A stretch of DNA of 64,000 bases from Amoebidium appalachense (lineage: Eukaryota > Protista > Ichthyosporea), in contig CAVNZM010000007.1 of the NCBI GenBank assembly GCA_963693365.1, positions 1 through 64,000 on the forward strand. Direction: 5' to 3'. The notes beneath the pieces were generated by a model. It was not told the origin of the DNA. It was given only the letters and a program-made list of their open reading frames with translations, and did no database searches. Position numbers and translations under genes: made by a program. Of this stretch, positions 63,283-64,000 are shown in pieces (the stretch's first letter is position 1; each line of letters opens with the position of its first letter).

Positions 63283-64000
63283 CCCTCGGGCCTGCTTGGT
63301 CTCCTGGCCCGATCCCGGCCCGGTTTCGATCCGATTCGTGTCCCGACCCGATAGATGCAGCCGGCCTTCATGACTTTGAATGGGCTATGGCGACCTCAAA
63401 TGCCGGAGGCCGTCGTCAAAGATACTACTAGTGGTGGGATGGGGGGGGGCGGGGAACGGCCCAGTGAGGGGTGCACGTGATGCTACTGTCTGTAACGATT
63501 TTGTGTTCACTTTTTTTTGTTTTTTTGGTGCTTTGGTTTTGCTTTCTTGGGTGGGTGGATGGGGGGGGGGGGGGGGGGGGGGGGGGGTTACACGTCTACA
63601 CCAGTCCAGAATTGATGTGGCAGGTGTTGGTACTTTAGATAGACGGAAGTAGCCAATGGCATGTAAGTGCAAATAGCCATAAAAGGGATGAATGACGGCG
63701 GCATGGCCCGCACGAAGCATAAACATGACACCAAAACTTGAAATACATTCGAACAGCTGCAAATGTGTCTGAATATTCAGGGGAAATCAGCAAGCAGTTG
63801 CATGCATGCCTCCGTATACGGGAATATTCATCAAGCGCATGCGCACTAGTCTGAATATTTGGGAATATTCATGCAGGCGGTAGTATACACTGTATGTGTC
63901 GACGTCTGAGCATGTATTTGGAAATATTCATGCAGACAGTAGCTTATGTGTCCAACTGATTGGGAATATTCGTACATGCAGTAGTACATGTGAATATTAG

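Noticed and set aside
63360-63425. SECIS-like hairpin (ATGA...GA) after the kish TGA
   Set aside because: Helix length and AA position are non-canonical, and the TGA falls at the normal kish C-terminus

Overview
Intron-rich eukaryotic DNA with canonical GT-AG introns and the standard genetic code, densely filled with (GT/CA)n, (CT/GA)n and long poly-G/poly-C tracts. These repeats make most ORFs in the supplied track spurious. Hand-spliced genes: a 3' exon of an upstream gene, RBM18-like RRM (+), Mad/Mxd/Mnt-type bHLH-ZIP with a Sin3-interaction motif (-), a TRIM-like RING/B-box/coiled-coil gene (-), an orphan C2H2 + zinc-ribbon + coiled-coil gene (-), proteasome alpha-3 PSMA4 (-), a divergent small membrane protein (+), coronin (-), a Chk1/CAMK-like kinase (-) and kish/TMEM167 (+), whose middle intron holds a 5.7 kb 56-bp satellite. 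A 5'-truncated LINE lies just upstream of RBM18. Gene content and intron positions point to a unicellular holozoan (ichthyosporean-like), which is an inference. The most interesting unexplained signal is a ~220-nt structured repeat family. All recognised copies are intronic and in the host gene's sense orientation, carry two covarying helices, and include a decayed type-III hammerhead-ribozyme-like core. No prokaryotic systems (CRISPR etc.) are supported.
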